Both the position numbers and the translations under genes were made by a program. Under the pieces are notes generated by a model. That model did not search any database, had not been told where the DNA came from, and saw nothing but the letters and a program-made list of their open reading frames with translations. From Barthelona sp. PAP020 (Eukaryota), in NCBI GenBank assembly GCA_040182905.1, contig JARQWU010000011.1, positions 1 through 64,000 of the forward strand: a stretch of 64,000 nt of DNA, given 5' to 3'. Positions 1 to 11,389 of this stretch are shown here, piece by piece. Position 1 is the first letter of the stretch. Each line of letters begins with the position of its first letter.

Positions 1-1
1 T

Positions 2-964
2 TGAGATGTCAGGAATGATGTCAAACAATTTTATTGTGTTATTTGAACATCTTCCACACGCTATTTGTCTCTTATCGGGGGATATAGCAAAGGAAAAATT
101 TTTAGCCTCACAATCACAATGCACCTTCTGAATTTGCTGATAGGTTTCAACATTGAATAAGGTAATATAGCCATCACCAGACATAACAAGCAGGATATCG
201 GGTGATAAGAAATGAAGACACCATACTTGACCACCCATATCAAATGTATGAATTGATGATCTTTTGTCCATGTTGTAGAGTTTGACTTTGTTCGATTCGT
301 CACCAACAGCAATCATTCTGTCAGTTGAGTGGAAATCAACAGCTCTAATTTTGCTACCTTGACCGAATCCACGGCAGAATGTACGAACAATAGACAAATC
401 ATCTGGGTTAACCAACTTGACAACACCATCACCACCTCCAGTCAAAAGATATTTACCATCCGTTGATAGTTTCACTCTCCAAATAAAATTATTTGAAATT
501 CTCTTTTCCAAGACAATTCTCCCATTATTTGTGTCACTTTTCGTAAGATTTCCTTTGTTATCACCATAATACACATAATTTGAACAAGAAGAAAAACAAA
601 TTCCATGAATATAAGTTTCACCATTCAATCTACACAAGATGGAGAAATCTGGAAGGCTGTATATAATGATAGACTTATCATGGGAACATGTTGCCAACTT
701 CTGCCCATTTGGTGAAATGGCAATACCATAAACATGTTCTGTATGATCTTTCAATGTACGATTCAATATTCCAGTTGCTACATCAATAACATGAACAGCT
801 GCATGATCACAAACAACCAATTGTTTACCATTTGGCAAGTATTTACTGTCCAACAAACAATTAGAAATCACATTTGCAATTTCACTTCCACTGTTTTCAT
901 CAATATTTAGAGGAAATAAACCACGTATAAACTCTCCTATTTCACTACTTAATTTAACAGACAT
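2..964 (-). CDS. WD40-repeat protein (3' end runs off the window)
   Basis: Own translation from the ATG at 964 is open to the window edge: MSVKLSSEIGEF...LKDHTEHVYGIAISPNGQKLATCSHDKSIIIY...LSTDGKYLLTGGGDGVVKLV...AISPDKRQIACG. Not in the ORF track because there is no stop inside the window. Confidence 0.85.
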   Translation of the reverse strand, partial: MSVKLSSEIGEFIRGLFPLNIDENSGSEIANVISNCLLDSKYLPNGKQLVVCDHAAVHVIDVATGILNRTLKDHTEHVYGIAISPNGQKLATCSHDKSIIIYSLPDFSILCRLNGETYIHGICFSSCSNYVYYGDNKGNLTKSDTNNGRIVLEKRISNNFIWRVKLSTDGKYLLTGGGDGVVKLVNPDDLSIVRTFCRGFGQGSKIRAVDFHSTDRMIAVGDESNKVKLYNMDKRSSIHTFDMGGQVWCLHFLSPDILLVMSGDGYITLFNVETYQQIQKVHCDCEAKNFSFAISPDKRQIACGRCSNNTIKLFDIIPDIS

Positions 965-1276
965 AATAAACTAACAAAAAAAAGAAATGAAATGGAAAAT
1001 TGAAATCAGCGATTAACTAGAAATTTTCAAAATTTTTCCAAAATTCAATTTGTAAATATTTATTTCAATTCAACGAACGATGTTGACAAATATTCATTGC
1101 ATGTAGTTGTTTTGTTTTCAGATTTGTTGAACTCCACTTTATTATTCACTAAACTATGAGCTATACAACCTATTCGGGTGATTAAGGGGTTATGGTGTTG
1201 AGTTAAGGCCATTTTCTCTCATTTATTGTGTGAAATTGGTGTTGGAAATCTTTCAACTGAGATTATCATGTTTTAT

Positions 1277-1610
1277 ATTCTTCAGGTACGAAACTTTTCC
1301 CAAACTTACCCAAATCAGAGACTGGGAATCTCAGTTGATTAATAAATAAAAAACCTTAATCTTTATTCTTTTCGAGGTCCAGCGTTCCCAAAAGGAAATT
1401 CTCTTTTTTGAGACCTACTCTTTCAAAGGTTATCATAGGAGAGCTACACCCTATGCGGAGTGTGAAATATTGCATTACTATTTGCACAAAAGAGCTTAAC
1501 GCACCGATCTTTTTGAAAATTTATCCTGATTGTGCAAGTTTTCATCCATTCACCGTGGCAGGTCCAAAATTTGGGGGTAGGTTAAGGAAAAGTTCCATAC
1601 CTCGAGGGAA
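1277..1610. mobile_element. Repeat family 1, copy A (~330 bp, imperfect terminal inverted repeats; MITE-like or structured RNA)
   Basis: Left arm AGGTACGAAACTTTTCCCAAACTTACCC (1284-1311) pairs with right arm GGGTAGGTTAAGGAAAAGTTCCATACCT (1575-1602). The interior aligns by eye with 35049-35372 (same strand) and with 12524-12864 and 45331-45655 (opposite strand). Confidence 0.65.
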
Positions 1611-1798
1611 AAAAGAAGAATCGAAAAATTTCAATTCGCCAAAAATAACCGGCAACCCTCTTTTTTTTTATCACCTTGCTTCAAAGGTTCTACTTTTAAA
1701 AATAAAAACCATATGACATTGAAGTTCAAAAAATTTCAAGAAAACAAGTCTTAAGTTTTCAATGAATTTAAATCTTAAACTTTAAACAAAATAAAATT

Positions 1799-1980
1799 GG
1801 TTAAATTGTAAAAAGACTGCATTTAGTCACAGAAGAAACAAACTTAGAAAGCTCAGCCTAGCAAGTTCCAGTCAAAACCATGTGTGAGGGAATTGAGGAA
1901 CTGAAATTCAATTCTAGCTGCCAAAATATACCTGAGAAATTTTCTTAGGCCTATCTTTCGCATTTAGCAAAAGCAGAATT
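1799..1980 (-). repeat. Repeat family 2, partial (3' portion) copy
   Basis: Reverse complement aligns with 35505-35693 (AATTCTGCTTTTGC...ATTTCAGTTCCTCAATTCCC...GACTGGAACTTGCTAG). Confidence 0.7.
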
Positions 1981-1984
1981 AATA

Positions 1985-2285
1985 GGTCCAGTCGTGAAAC
2001 AACTATGTTCATATACAAAGAAAAAACAAGCAAAGAAAACTCAGTTCCTTACATTTTAACCACAGAAAATGAGTATAAAAGTTGTATCTTACCTATCAAG
2101 TATAAGAATTCTGGAAAAATTCTTCATTCCACTTTTTCTTTTGTAATTAGTAACAACTTTGTTTAAACTTTATCTTTGAAAATCAAAAGTTTTCAACAAA
2201 TCATTCGGGCCTCAAATGCTTTTAACCAAACAAACACCATTCTTTCTTATTCACTCAATTTCACTGAGTTTCTTGCACTGGAAAC
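1985..2285 (-). repeat. Repeat family 2, full-length diverged copy
   Basis: Reverse complement begins TTTCCAGTGCAAGAAAC, contains TTTGGTTAAAAGCATTTGAGGCCCGAATGATTTGTTGAAAAC and ends ATAGTTGTTTCACGACTGGACC, matching 35377-35693. Confidence 0.8.
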
Positions 2286-2686
2286 AATGGGTCCAGTTGT
2301 CAATAATATTTAGCTGGAGACATGTGAACAACTATTGCCATTTAATCTATTTAATTAAGAATAAGGATGTTGAATTTTGATAGGGAACTCAAAGAAAGCC
2401 AAAGTGGCTTTCTTTCAGTTTATACTGATTAGAGCAGATTTTTCAAATTAAAAGACACTCAAAATATACTAAGTGGTATCAATATTTACAATTTATAAAT
2501 TCCATGATTCTTCAAATCACAAATATCAAATTTTCTTTTAAAAAAGTTCTTTCAAGATAAATGACCAATATTCAACAGAATATTACACTACTTTATTGAA
2601 TGGAATAATAAATTCAAATTTAGTAGAAAGCTAAAATAGAAGTTGAAAAATATTTTTCAACTTTTCATCAATTTTTCTTTTTACCC

Positions 2687-4217
2687 ATATTCACCTTTGA
2701 GGAAAACCAAGGGTTATACGAACTAGAACAACGTGCAACGAAACGCAGAAAAATTGTTAAAGAACCAGAAGAAGATGCTTTTGACAAATTAGATAATTTT
2801 TTGAAATCGAATGACATCAATATACCTGGAAGTGACTTTGAAATAGTAGAAAGAGACTTCAAAATAGGTGGATTTGGAATCTTACATCTTGCCAAAAGAC
2901 ATGGAAAGACTGTAGTTATCAAAGTATTTGTTGAAAAAATTACCGATGATGAACTTGCCCGAGAATGCTTTCCTATGGTTTTAAATCACTCCTTTATTCG
3001 ACAGGTCTTTGGAGTTACTGAGATTGAGAACAAAAAGGCCGTTGTGATGGAGTATTGTGATTCTGATCTTGAGGAAATGATACCAGAGTTATCTTTGAAG
3101 GAGAAGTTGGTTATTATGATGCAGGTTTCCACTGCGCTTGAGTTTTGTCATGGGAAAGGTGTTATGCATAGGGATCTTAAGCCAAACAATGTTTTATTGA
3201 GACGTGGAGTAGATGGTGTATATACTCCTGCAATCGCCGATTTTGGGCTTGTTCGTGATACCGGTAGGAGTTCGGCAAATTCGATGATGGGCGCAATCAG
3301 ATACGTGGCTCCTGAATTGGCTGATGAATCAGAAGCGATTAAGGCTATGCCTGCTGATGTTTGGTCTTTTGGAGTTATGTTAACTCAGGTTTTTTGCGGT
3401 TACAGTAGATAAAAGTGAAGAAATCATAGTATACAACGCAAAAACACATAAAACTGTACATCGAGAGAAGTATTTAAAGGCCAAAGGGCTCAATTTCAGT
3501 CCAGACTCCAAACTATTGGCTGTTAGTGGTATGGGTCCAGCAATTTATATCATTGAAGTTGATACTTGGAGAATAGTTGGAGTGATTGGACACTTGGCAA
3601 GATATGCAAATCGTGTGTGGTTTTCACCAGATGGCGAATTACTTTCTTTTGGTACGAATGATGGTTACATTGCCATATACACGGTGGAAGGACAGAAGTT
3701 GCATGCATCTCAAGCTCATGAAAATTCTGTTAATTCTGTACGCATCAGCCCCGACATGAAGTACTTTGCATCTGTCAGCTATGATAGGTGTTCAAAGTTG
3801 TTTTCATTAGACACGTATGAAGAGCTTTACACGTGGAGTCATGATGAAAAAGATGTAATATCAGGTAATTTTTCACCCAATGGAGCTTATTGGGCAACAG
3901 GTGATTGGAGTGGCATAGTCAGGTTATTTGATGTTGAATCTGGAGAGTTGTTGAGAAAGTATCATATTCATTCTTGTCAATATGGTTGTGTGAACTCAAT
4001 CATCTTCTCCCAAGATAGTTCATTGATCTATTCTGGTTCTTTTGATAAATCATTTGCTGTGATCCGAAGAGAAACAGGTCAAATATTGCAGAGAGTGTAT
4101 GTATCTATGCGTGGTGGAATTTATGCCATGGCCCTCAACCATGATGGAACTCGTTTGTTGTTGTGTAGTAGTTATAACGGGGGAGAAGATGTTCCAATCC
4201 AAGAACACGCTGGTTGA
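2687..4217 (+). pseudogene. Disrupted Ser/Thr protein kinase - WD40 fusion gene
   Basis: Kinase motifs GGFG, VVIK, HRDLKPNN, DFG, APE and DVWSFG lie in 2801-3412, but the domain stops after subdomain IX. There is no in-frame ATG before 2975 (ATA at 2687 after a T-tract). The WD40 frame opens out of phase at ~3390 (FAVTVDKSEEIIVYN...FSPDGELL...HENSVNSVRISPDMKYFASVSYD). Confidence 0.65.
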
Positions 4218-4769
4218 ACCCTGTAAAACTCCACATTGCATTTTGCTCTTACATCCATTATTACATATTTCATCTTGTATCTCAGGTTCCACAATTTATA
4301 AATTTAAAACACATTTTCATGCTGTTCTCTAATCACACGAATCTCTGCACAACCACATATAACAACATCAACTTCCATTTACTAAATAGAACCAAAACAA
4401 TTGAACGTTCGACCAATTTGACTTGCAATATTTTATCCTCTTATTTTATCCATATTTCCTCCAACTTGTATAAATACCTGTTTATTTGACCAACTCAATC
4501 TGTTGCCGTCATGAACTCTCAGGCATGCCACACCTTGCCAAAATGATTCCAAAGAATTGATTTGACTGACCATTTATCAATAACAGTGAGACTCATATAG
4601 CGTGGTTCTGTCCAGTCAACACGATTCTTTGTTTTTCTTTTCTTTCTTTCAAGATAAATTTGGGATTTTTTATTTTAAATTGAAGAACTGTGAGAGTATT
4701 TTAGGAAAGTTTATTTTGAGAAGAAAATAAACATGTGAAAATCAAATTCCGATAGGAAAATACAAAAAT

Positions 4770-4946
4770 TTGAGATAATATCATCTCCTCCACTTCCTTT
4801 GTAATTTTGAGAAAACAAAATGTCAAAGATTCTTCCTGTCATTTTGGAAAAATACTTTGTCACAACCGTTCAACAATAAAAGCTTTTAACCAAACAAACA
4901 CTTTTTTTTTATTCAATCATATACACGGTGCTTCTTGGCCTGGAGA
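4770..4946 (-). repeat. Repeat family 2, partial diverged copy
   Basis: Reverse complement TCTCCAGGCCAAGAAGCACCGTGTATATGATTGAATAAAA...GTGTTTGTTTGGTTAAAAGCTTTT matches the family 2 start. Confidence 0.75.
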
Positions 4947-5102
4947 CAAATGTAATGAACAAGAAAATATATAAATGGTAGCCTCAAATACGTGGAAGAA
5001 AAATTTCAGTCTCCAAAAAGAAACTGAAATTTGATTTCAAAATTGTAAAAATATATAAACAATTTGTAAAAGAGAAAAGAAAAGAAAAAAACATTTTTTT
5101 AA

Positions 5103-5603
5103 TCAACTGAGAATTTCAATAACTGACATATCACCATCATAACAAATAGCCAAATGAAATTCTGAACATAAAGAAAAAAAATCAATTTTAATCTGATCAA
5201 TCAATTCGAAATTAATTTTTGTTTGAACATCTGACAAAATAATAACCAAAATATCCTTTTCTTTTGAAAATTTACAAAAAAAATGAGGTAATGGATCAAA
5301 AACAATTTCTTTACAGAATAAACTCACACGACAATATCTTAAATAACAATTTAAGATGTTAATTGGATGATTAAAAAACTTCAATTCATCAAAAGCAAAA
5401 TCATAAACTGATTCAATTGAATACATGTCATCAACAGTATCTAAACATATTAAATCTAACCGTTCAACCAAAAATAAAATTTGATAATGATGATAATATC
5501 TTTTTCCTTCATGCATGTAACCAAACAATTGACATTTTTGTCCTTTAATTTTGGTCAAATAGAATCGATTCAAATTTTCATCTAACTTTGCAACTGCTTT
5601 CAC
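5103..5603 (-). CDS. Hypothetical protein (no ATG at ORF start; possibly a gene remnant)
   Basis: 166-codon ORF starting at GTG, first ATG about 30 codons in; no recognisable motif. Confidence 0.35.
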   Translation of the reverse strand: MKAVAKLDENLNRFYLTKIKGQKCQLFGYMHEGKRYYHHYQILFLVERLDLICLDTVDDMYSIESVYDFAFDELKFFNHPINILNCYLRYCRVSLFCKEIVFDPLPHFFCKFSKEKDILVIILSDVQTKINFELIDQIKIDFFSLCSEFHLAICYDGDMSVIEILS

Positions 5604-5721
5604 TGTTGTATGCTTAATATGTTTGATAAAATTAAAAAAAATTAAAAAACAAAAATAAAAAGATACTTCTACAAAACAATTTATACAATCATTATTACAA
5701 AAATGAAATCAAAAAAAAAAC

Positions 5722-7329
5722 TCAGTTTGGTTTTGCAACAGCCATAATAGACTTTTCAATTTTGGTTTCCATTGTTTTGAACTGAGATCTTAGTTGAGTA
5801 ATTTCACCTTTTGTCTCTTCTATCTTTAATAATACGTCATTCAATTCTAAATTCAAAGGTTCTAATTGTTTTTGACTGATTTCTTCTTCTATTTTCAATT
5901 GTTTTTGAGATTTCTTGACTTCATCACTCCAATCTTCGAATTCTCGCATCATAAATTCCAAATTCTCTTGTAAATGATCAACAACTCGACCGATTGGTAA
6001 CGTTTTCTGACATAAATCTTGTAAACGTTTCCTCAATTGTCCCAATTCATCCCGACTGAATTGAACTTGTTTTGGTCCTTCATTTGTCTCTTCCGTATCA
6101 AGCATATCTCGGATCAATTTACCATGATCGTCAGCATTTAAATTGTTCACATCCACTTGCTGATAATCTGGGATTACATCATCATCAGAATCTGTAGTCT
6201 CTCCTTCTAACATCACACTTGCTTGTGCATTTTCCACATTATTATCTGTCCCAAATTTAGATGGAGCATTAGAGGCACTATTAGCAGGACGGGCACTATT
6301 AGATGCTCTTCCAGAAGCAACACGTCTTGGAGGTCCACGTCGAGCAGTACTTGGTCTAGCTTGCGAAGAAGGTCTTGATGATGGAAGATTAGTCAACTCA
6401 AGATTTCCCAAATTTGATTCATTCATTGTGTCGTCCAACTTTTTTGAATCATCGCTATCATCCTGTGATTGTTCTAATTGTTCCTTTTCCAGTAGTTTTC
6501 TTTTTCTTGCTTCTTCTTCAGCTTTTCTGCGCTGATACTCTTGTTCTTGTTCTTCTTCTTTTCGTCTTTGTTCAATTCCAATTTGTTCCTCAGCCAATCT
6601 TTGTTTTTCAAGTTCGGCCTGACGTGAAAGTTCTGCTTCCTCTGCTTGTTGCTTTTGTCTTGCTTCTTCAGCCAATCGAGACTTTTCTGCTTCTGCTTCA
6701 GCTTCGGCTTGAGCTTGAGCTTTGGCTTTGGCTTCTGCTTCTGCTTCTGCTTCTGCTCTTGCACGTGCCTCTGCCTCTGCTTGAGATTGAGCTTTGGCTT
6801 TCGCTTCTGCCTCTGCTTCTGCTTCTGCTTCTGCTTTAGCTCTTTCTTGAGCAACCTTATTCTGCTTTGCAGCTTGTTTGTCCTTGTCAACAGATGGTGG
6901 TCTTGTAGGTGCTGGTTCTTCTGTAGCACCTCTCGTTGCTTCTAAAATTTTTTCTACATATGAAGCAGAATCAACGCTAGATTGAGAAACTTGAGCTAAC
7001 TTCACTAAAAATAGATTGGTCTTTTCAGCTTCTTTTCCCGCAATAACCGCTCGAGGATTACATGCCATTGGTTCACCAAGAGCTAAACCAACAAGAGAAA
7101 TAATTTTAGTCAACCAAGGTTGTTTTTGGTTTTTATCAATTGACTTAACATTCTTTTCATCATCTGTGTATAATCCTTCTCCAAAACCGGTCTTATCTAT
7201 AATATTCATAACAACCATATGAATCCAACTAAATGGTGGTCTTTGAATGAATTTCTCTTGTAAATTTTTTTCTGGAACGAGTCCACTTAAAGCATCTATA
7301 GTGTCTTGAACAAAGTTGTTATCACCCAT
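5722..7329 (-). CDS. IFT54: Intraflagellar transport protein 54 (TRAF3IP1/MIP-T3)
   Basis: N-terminal CH-like domain (EKFIQRPPFSWIHMVV...KTGFGEGLYT...IAGKEAEKTNLFL), low-complexity E/A/K middle, RPSTARRGPPR motif, HGKLI motif and C-terminal coiled coil (LQDLCQKTLPIG). Confidence 0.92.
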   Translation of the reverse strand: MGDNNFVQDTIDALSGLVPEKNLQEKFIQRPPFSWIHMVVMNIIDKTGFGEGLYTDDEKNVKSIDKNQKQPWLTKIISLVGLALGEPMACNPRAVIAGKEAEKTNLFLVKLAQVSQSSVDSASYVEKILEATRGATEEPAPTRPPSVDKDKQAAKQNKVAQERAKAEAEAEAEAEAKAKAQSQAEAEARARAEAEAEAEAKAKAQAQAEAEAEAEKSRLAEEARQKQQAEEAELSRQAELEKQRLAEEQIGIEQRRKEEEQEQEYQRRKAEEEARKRKLLEKEQLEQSQDDSDDSKKLDDTMNESNLGNLELTNLPSSRPSSQARPSTARRGPPRRVASGRASNSARPANSASNAPSKFGTDNNVENAQASVMLEGETTDSDDDVIPDYQQVDVNNLNADDHGKLIRDMLDTEETNEGPKQVQFSRDELGQLRKRLQDLCQKTLPIGRVVDHLQENLEFMMREFEDWSDEVKKSQKQLKIEEEISQKQLEPLNLELNDVLLKIEETKGEITQLRSQFKTMETKIEKSIMAVAKPN

Positions 7330-7613
7330 AAATAAATTATCAACTGATTGTTGAATGAAAAAAAAATCAAAATTATTATTGTTCTCCTTTTCAATTAAAA
7401 AATGTCACATCTCAATAATTATTTACAATAAAAACCTCAGCATACCAGTTGTCAGCCAAAAAAATAGTCATTTAAAATCAAGTTTTCAACAACAAAACTC
7501 TCAAAAAGAAAAAAAAAAAAAAACAAACTAAATAACCTATTTATAAAAGAATAACATTTTTGAACACAATGTTTGAAAAAAATCTATATCGCATGCATAT
7601 ATGCATGTAAAAA

Positions 7614-9320
7614 CTATGTTGGTTCAGCTTTGAAGGGTGTGCCAACATCTTCGTTGAAAACAACACTGGACCTCAAATGACTTTTAATTATGGGAGTCGA
7701 AAGAAAAGCTGAGGTCACATTATTTGGAGAAGAACAATTAAAGGGAGTGGGAGGAGGTAAAACGGTGTTATCTTCATCCCAACCGGTTTGTATCTGTAGA
7801 GGAAACAAAAGACTATTTTTATTTGCATTAGACGCACCAAAATCACTCAAAAGGACATCTTGATAAAGTATTTTGAAGAGACAAACAATTTTAAACATAG
7901 AGAACTGAGAACAAACGTCAATGATCAACTTATTGTCAAAGCCAAATCTAGGCACTAGTTCTAAAGGCAAAGTTGAAATGTCAAAAGAAACATTCATCAA
8001 ATTCAAGAAATTTTGAATATTTTGGTCTGAAATATTCAAACTTTTCAAACTGTCATTCAAAGTGCTGGAAGAAGTGACAATTTCTTCAAAACTGTCAATA
8101 ACCAATAACAATTCTTCAAAAAAATTGCCCGAAAACATTTCCAAAGTTTCTGAGCTTTCAAAACTTTCTCCTTTCAGTGTACCATTACCATCGTATATGG
8201 AAAAGGCTTGAAATTTCTCAAAAATAAATGTTGTCAACGAGATATCTAATTTTTCTAGCATTTCAACAGGCTCAAGCTTGATTTCATCATTAATCCATGA
8301 TTTCAACAAGCAAATCTTTTTATAGTGAGAATAATCTAAATTAACAGCAAAATTATTGGTTTCTAAAGGTCCTAGCTCGGTATTGTTCTGTACATATGTG
8401 GATAAGCTATCAGGAGTGCTAAATTTATAACTTTTAGATGTGGAATTTATTTTTTTTATTTTCTTTTTGTTTTTCTTTATTTGTTCTTCAATCCGTTGGT
8501 CTATCAGTTCAACCTTTTTAGCAAATATATCATGTTTTAATTGCTCTCGTTTACAAACTTTCTCTGTCATGTTAAAAACAGTCTCAAATTGCTTTTCCAA
8601 GCAATGTAAAAGTGAGGCTGAAGTAGCTTTTATCGGAGTTGTTTTTGGTGGATGAGTTTTGATAGCATCTGTGGTTGGTTCGTAAAATTTCCTAAGATGA
8701 TCCGCAATTTCTTCATATGCCAATTGCGGTATAAGGGGTCTTTTGAGTGTTTGGCGTTTATTTACAAAATAATCATAATATATATTGGACTCTTTCAACG
8801 GAACACCAAGAATAAATGAAGCATCGTGTTTTGTAATGTACGAATAATTCCAATCCACATCTGGTTGGGGTGGCAACTCAGAAGGAGGCGTTTTTTTCTT
8901 CTTTTTCTTTTTCTTGGAATAAACAAGACTATTTCTGTACTCTTTAAACCATTCCTTTTCTAAAACAGTTAAATATACTTGCAATTTCTGTTTTGTCATT
9001 GGGATACCTTTACTTTTACAGTCTTTAATAAAATTTAAATCATTTTCATCCAAATCATATTCATTCGGATATGAAAAATTATACATGGATCTAATATAGG
9101 TGTTCGGTAATTGATATGGTTTAAGTTCTTTCTCAAGATCAAAATCCGAACGCAATGAAGTGGCGGGAATGGGAATTTTTTTTGTCCCAGTTTGTAAATA
9201 TTTTTTCAAGTCTTCCTCTTGAGATTCTCCATCTTGAACTCCATATATTTTGGTTTTGGGTTTTGAAGGTACAAAATTGGAGGATGAGAAGTGGATTTGA
9301 ATAGGGAAGTTCTCATCCAT
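7614..9320 (-). CDS. EPL1: Enhancer of polycomb-like (EPL1/EPC) NuA4 subunit
   Basis: IPIP, YQLPNTYIR, EYDLDENDLNFI, LEKE, YDYFVNKR...PLIPQL and EKVCKREQLK motifs typical of the EPcA domain. Confidence 0.75.
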   Translation of the reverse strand: MDENFPIQIHFSSSNFVPSKPKTKIYGVQDGESQEEDLKKYLQTGTKKIPIPATSLRSDFDLEKELKPYQLPNTYIRSMYNFSYPNEYDLDENDLNFIKDCKSKGIPMTKQKLQVYLTVLEKEWFKEYRNSLVYSKKKKKKKKTPPSELPPQPDVDWNYSYITKHDASFILGVPLKESNIYYDYFVNKRQTLKRPLIPQLAYEEIADHLRKFYEPTTDAIKTHPPKTTPIKATSASLLHCLEKQFETVFNMTEKVCKREQLKHDIFAKKVELIDQRIEEQIKKNKKKIKKINSTSKSYKFSTPDSLSTYVQNNTELGPLETNNFAVNLDYSHYKKICLLKSWINDEIKLEPVEMLEKLDISLTTFIFEKFQAFSIYDGNGTLKGESFESSETLEMFSGNFFEELLLVIDSFEEIVTSSSTLNDSLKSLNISDQNIQNFLNLMNVSFDISTLPLELVPRFGFDNKLIIDVCSQFSMFKIVCLFKILYQDVLLSDFGASNANKNSLLFPLQIQTGWDEDNTVLPPPTPFNCSSPNNVTSAFLSTPIIKSHLRSSVVFNEDVGTPFKAEPT

Positions 9321-9611
9321 TCGGGAGAAAAACTTGGCTTTTGAATTTTTTTAAAAACTTTTTCCAACTTTTTGTACTTTTGTTTTTATTTAAAAAAAGT
9401 AACTTTTAAGTCACCACCTTCAAAATTTATATCAAACAAATCATAAAGTGCAATAATATGTTAAAAAAAAAAAAGCTTTCTTATTCTGCTTTTTTTTTGT
9501 TATTTAATTTTGGGAACAAAACATGAAATTAGAAGTAATTCTGCTTTGATACATTGTCCAAAATGTATTAAGAAAATTAAATGAGATTTTTAAAATTTAG
9601 TAAAATCAAAA

Positions 9612-10004
9612 TCAAGAATCTAAATCTGGAGACCTCTTAGATAAAGATAAATCACTCCAATCGTTTGATAATTGCTTAAAAAAACTGTCATGAGTTTGTT
9701 GCATGCTTGAAACTTTTTCCTTTGCTGACACTATTGATTCAATTGTTCCACTTGATGCTCCAAAAGATATGCCACCAATTTCCAAAGAAGATTTTGTGCT
9801 GTTTCCAAAAATATCAAAAGGTTCAAAATTCTGCGCTTCTGATGATGTTTGGTGATTCAATTTTTTCTCTATGGGGACAAAATCTTCCTTTTTGATGCAA
9901 ATTAATTTGTTTTTAATCTTTGGATAAATTCTTGTTGAAAAAGGGACTTTTTGATTGCAATTTCTTTTGGAATCTATGTTAAAGATGTATATGATATTAC
10001 TCAT
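9612..10004 (-). CDS. Hypothetical protein
   Basis: 130-aa ATG ORF occupying a normal gene slot; no motif recognised. Confidence 0.5.
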   Translation of the reverse strand: MSNIIYIFNIDSKRNCNQKVPFSTRIYPKIKNKLICIKKEDFVPIEKKLNHQTSSEAQNFEPFDIFGNSTKSSLEIGGISFGASSGTIESIVSAKEKVSSMQQTHDSFFKQLSNDWSDLSLSKRSPDLDS

Positions 10005-10078
10005 GTCTTAATCATGGTAAATGATAAAATGAGCTATAAAAAAAATATTTCATTTTTCTTTTTCAATTTATTGATGGG

Positions 10079-11389
10079 ATGTTTAAGGAATTGAAACGAG
10101 CCAAGAAAAGTCCTTTATCTGTGATAATTATTTTAATGATATTGATATCACTTTGCTTATTTGTTTTGGTAAACAATATCCTGTATCAAACTGAAACGAA
10201 AAATTCATTAAAAGAATATTTCACTAATATTTATTCAAAAGATTCAAGCAATAGTTTACAAAGAATATATAATAACATAGATGATAGCAAACTTTCATAT
10301 CTTTCTGGTAAAAAAACGTTAAATAAAAGAGAAATACATCCTGATTGTCCAATGAGAAGCATACAAAGTGGTCCTAATGTACATTCAATAACAGACATTC
10401 GAAAGACAAAAGAAGACAGTAGAATTCTGCAACAGTATCAATTTTCCAATTTAGTTACATCTAATCACTTTATTCATTGTGTATATCAAAGACAATTTAA
10501 GAGTGAAGCAAGTTGTAAAGATTTTGATTTTCGTATTCCATCAGATTGGATAAATTCTGTAATACTTGATGATAAGAAACAGAATCAGGAGCTTTTACCA
10601 GCTGTTGTCATTCATGTTGACAAAGACCCAAAGAAATTTTTCAAAACTATGCTATCAATAAATCAACCAGTGAACAAGTTTTATATTTATTGGTCGGAGA
10701 ATTTAAACGAAGAATTAGAATGTGTTTTATCCAAATTTTTGGAAATTTTGGGTAACAGAATTATTGTTTATCATTCTCCCCAACATCATGGAATCAGTTT
10801 TTCCTTCAATATTTTGTTAAATGCATCACTTATCATGGATGAAAATCCTTTTGCTCTTGTACTTCAACATGGCTTTATCCCAAAGAGTACAATAAAAGCC
10901 AGTGATTTGTCTTTGAACAAGCCTTTTATTAAGTTATCAAATAGAAAATTCACGGAAGCGAGTTTAATAAGTAAGGAAGCATTCCAAAAAATTGGTCTAC
11001 TTGATGAAAACTTTTGGCCTGCAGGTTCTGAGTCAGAAGATTACATTTGGCGAAGTTATTTACTTGGTGTAGAAGCTGAACTTGATCCCAATTTTGTTTT
11101 TGGTTCTGTTTCTTCTAAAACATCAATTGATTATCCTTTAAGATTGGAAAAGGTTTTCAAAAGAGCTTTCCCCGAAACAGAAAGATACATGTGGAGAAAA
11201 TGGGGACCTGCCCTTCAAGAATTTGGTTATTCGTACAAAACACCTTTCAATAGAAAAGATACAAATGTTGATAAATTTTGCATGGATTATAAGATACGAT
11301 TCAAAATCTTAGCCAATTGTTACCCAGGAAGATGCAAATTAAAGAATGAATATCCATTCCCAAGCAATAAAGAAGAATGGGAACGTTAG
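10079..11389 (+). CDS. Type II membrane glycosyltransferase, GT2-like
   Basis: N-terminal TM anchor; HGISFSFN and LISKEAFQKIGLLDENFWPAGSESEDYIWR resemble the GT2 G-FDE...ED.D motif. Confidence 0.65.
   Translation: MFKELKRAKKSPLSVIIILMILISLCLFVLVNNILYQTETKNSLKEYFTNIYSKDSSNSLQRIYNNIDDSKLSYLSGKKTLNKREIHPDCPMRSIQSGPNVHSITDIRKTKEDSRILQQYQFSNLVTSNHFIHCVYQRQFKSEASCKDFDFRIPSDWINSVILDDKKQNQELLPAVVIHVDKDPKKFFKTMLSINQPVNKFYIYWSENLNEELECVLSKFLEILGNRIIVYHSPQHHGISFSFNILLNASLIMDENPFALVLQHGFIPKSTIKASDLSLNKPFIKLSNRKFTEASLISKEAFQKIGLLDENFWPAGSESEDYIWRSYLLGVEAELDPNFVFGSVSSKTSIDYPLRLEKVFKRAFPETERYMWRKWGPALQEFGYSYKTPFNRKDTNVDKFCMDYKIRFKILANCYPGRCKLKNEYPFPSNKEEWER

Noticed and set aside
6414..6945. Overlapping ORFs with LLLL, KQKQ and CFCF repeats
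   Set aside because: They are alternative-frame shadows of the AEAEAK low-complexity region of IFT54.
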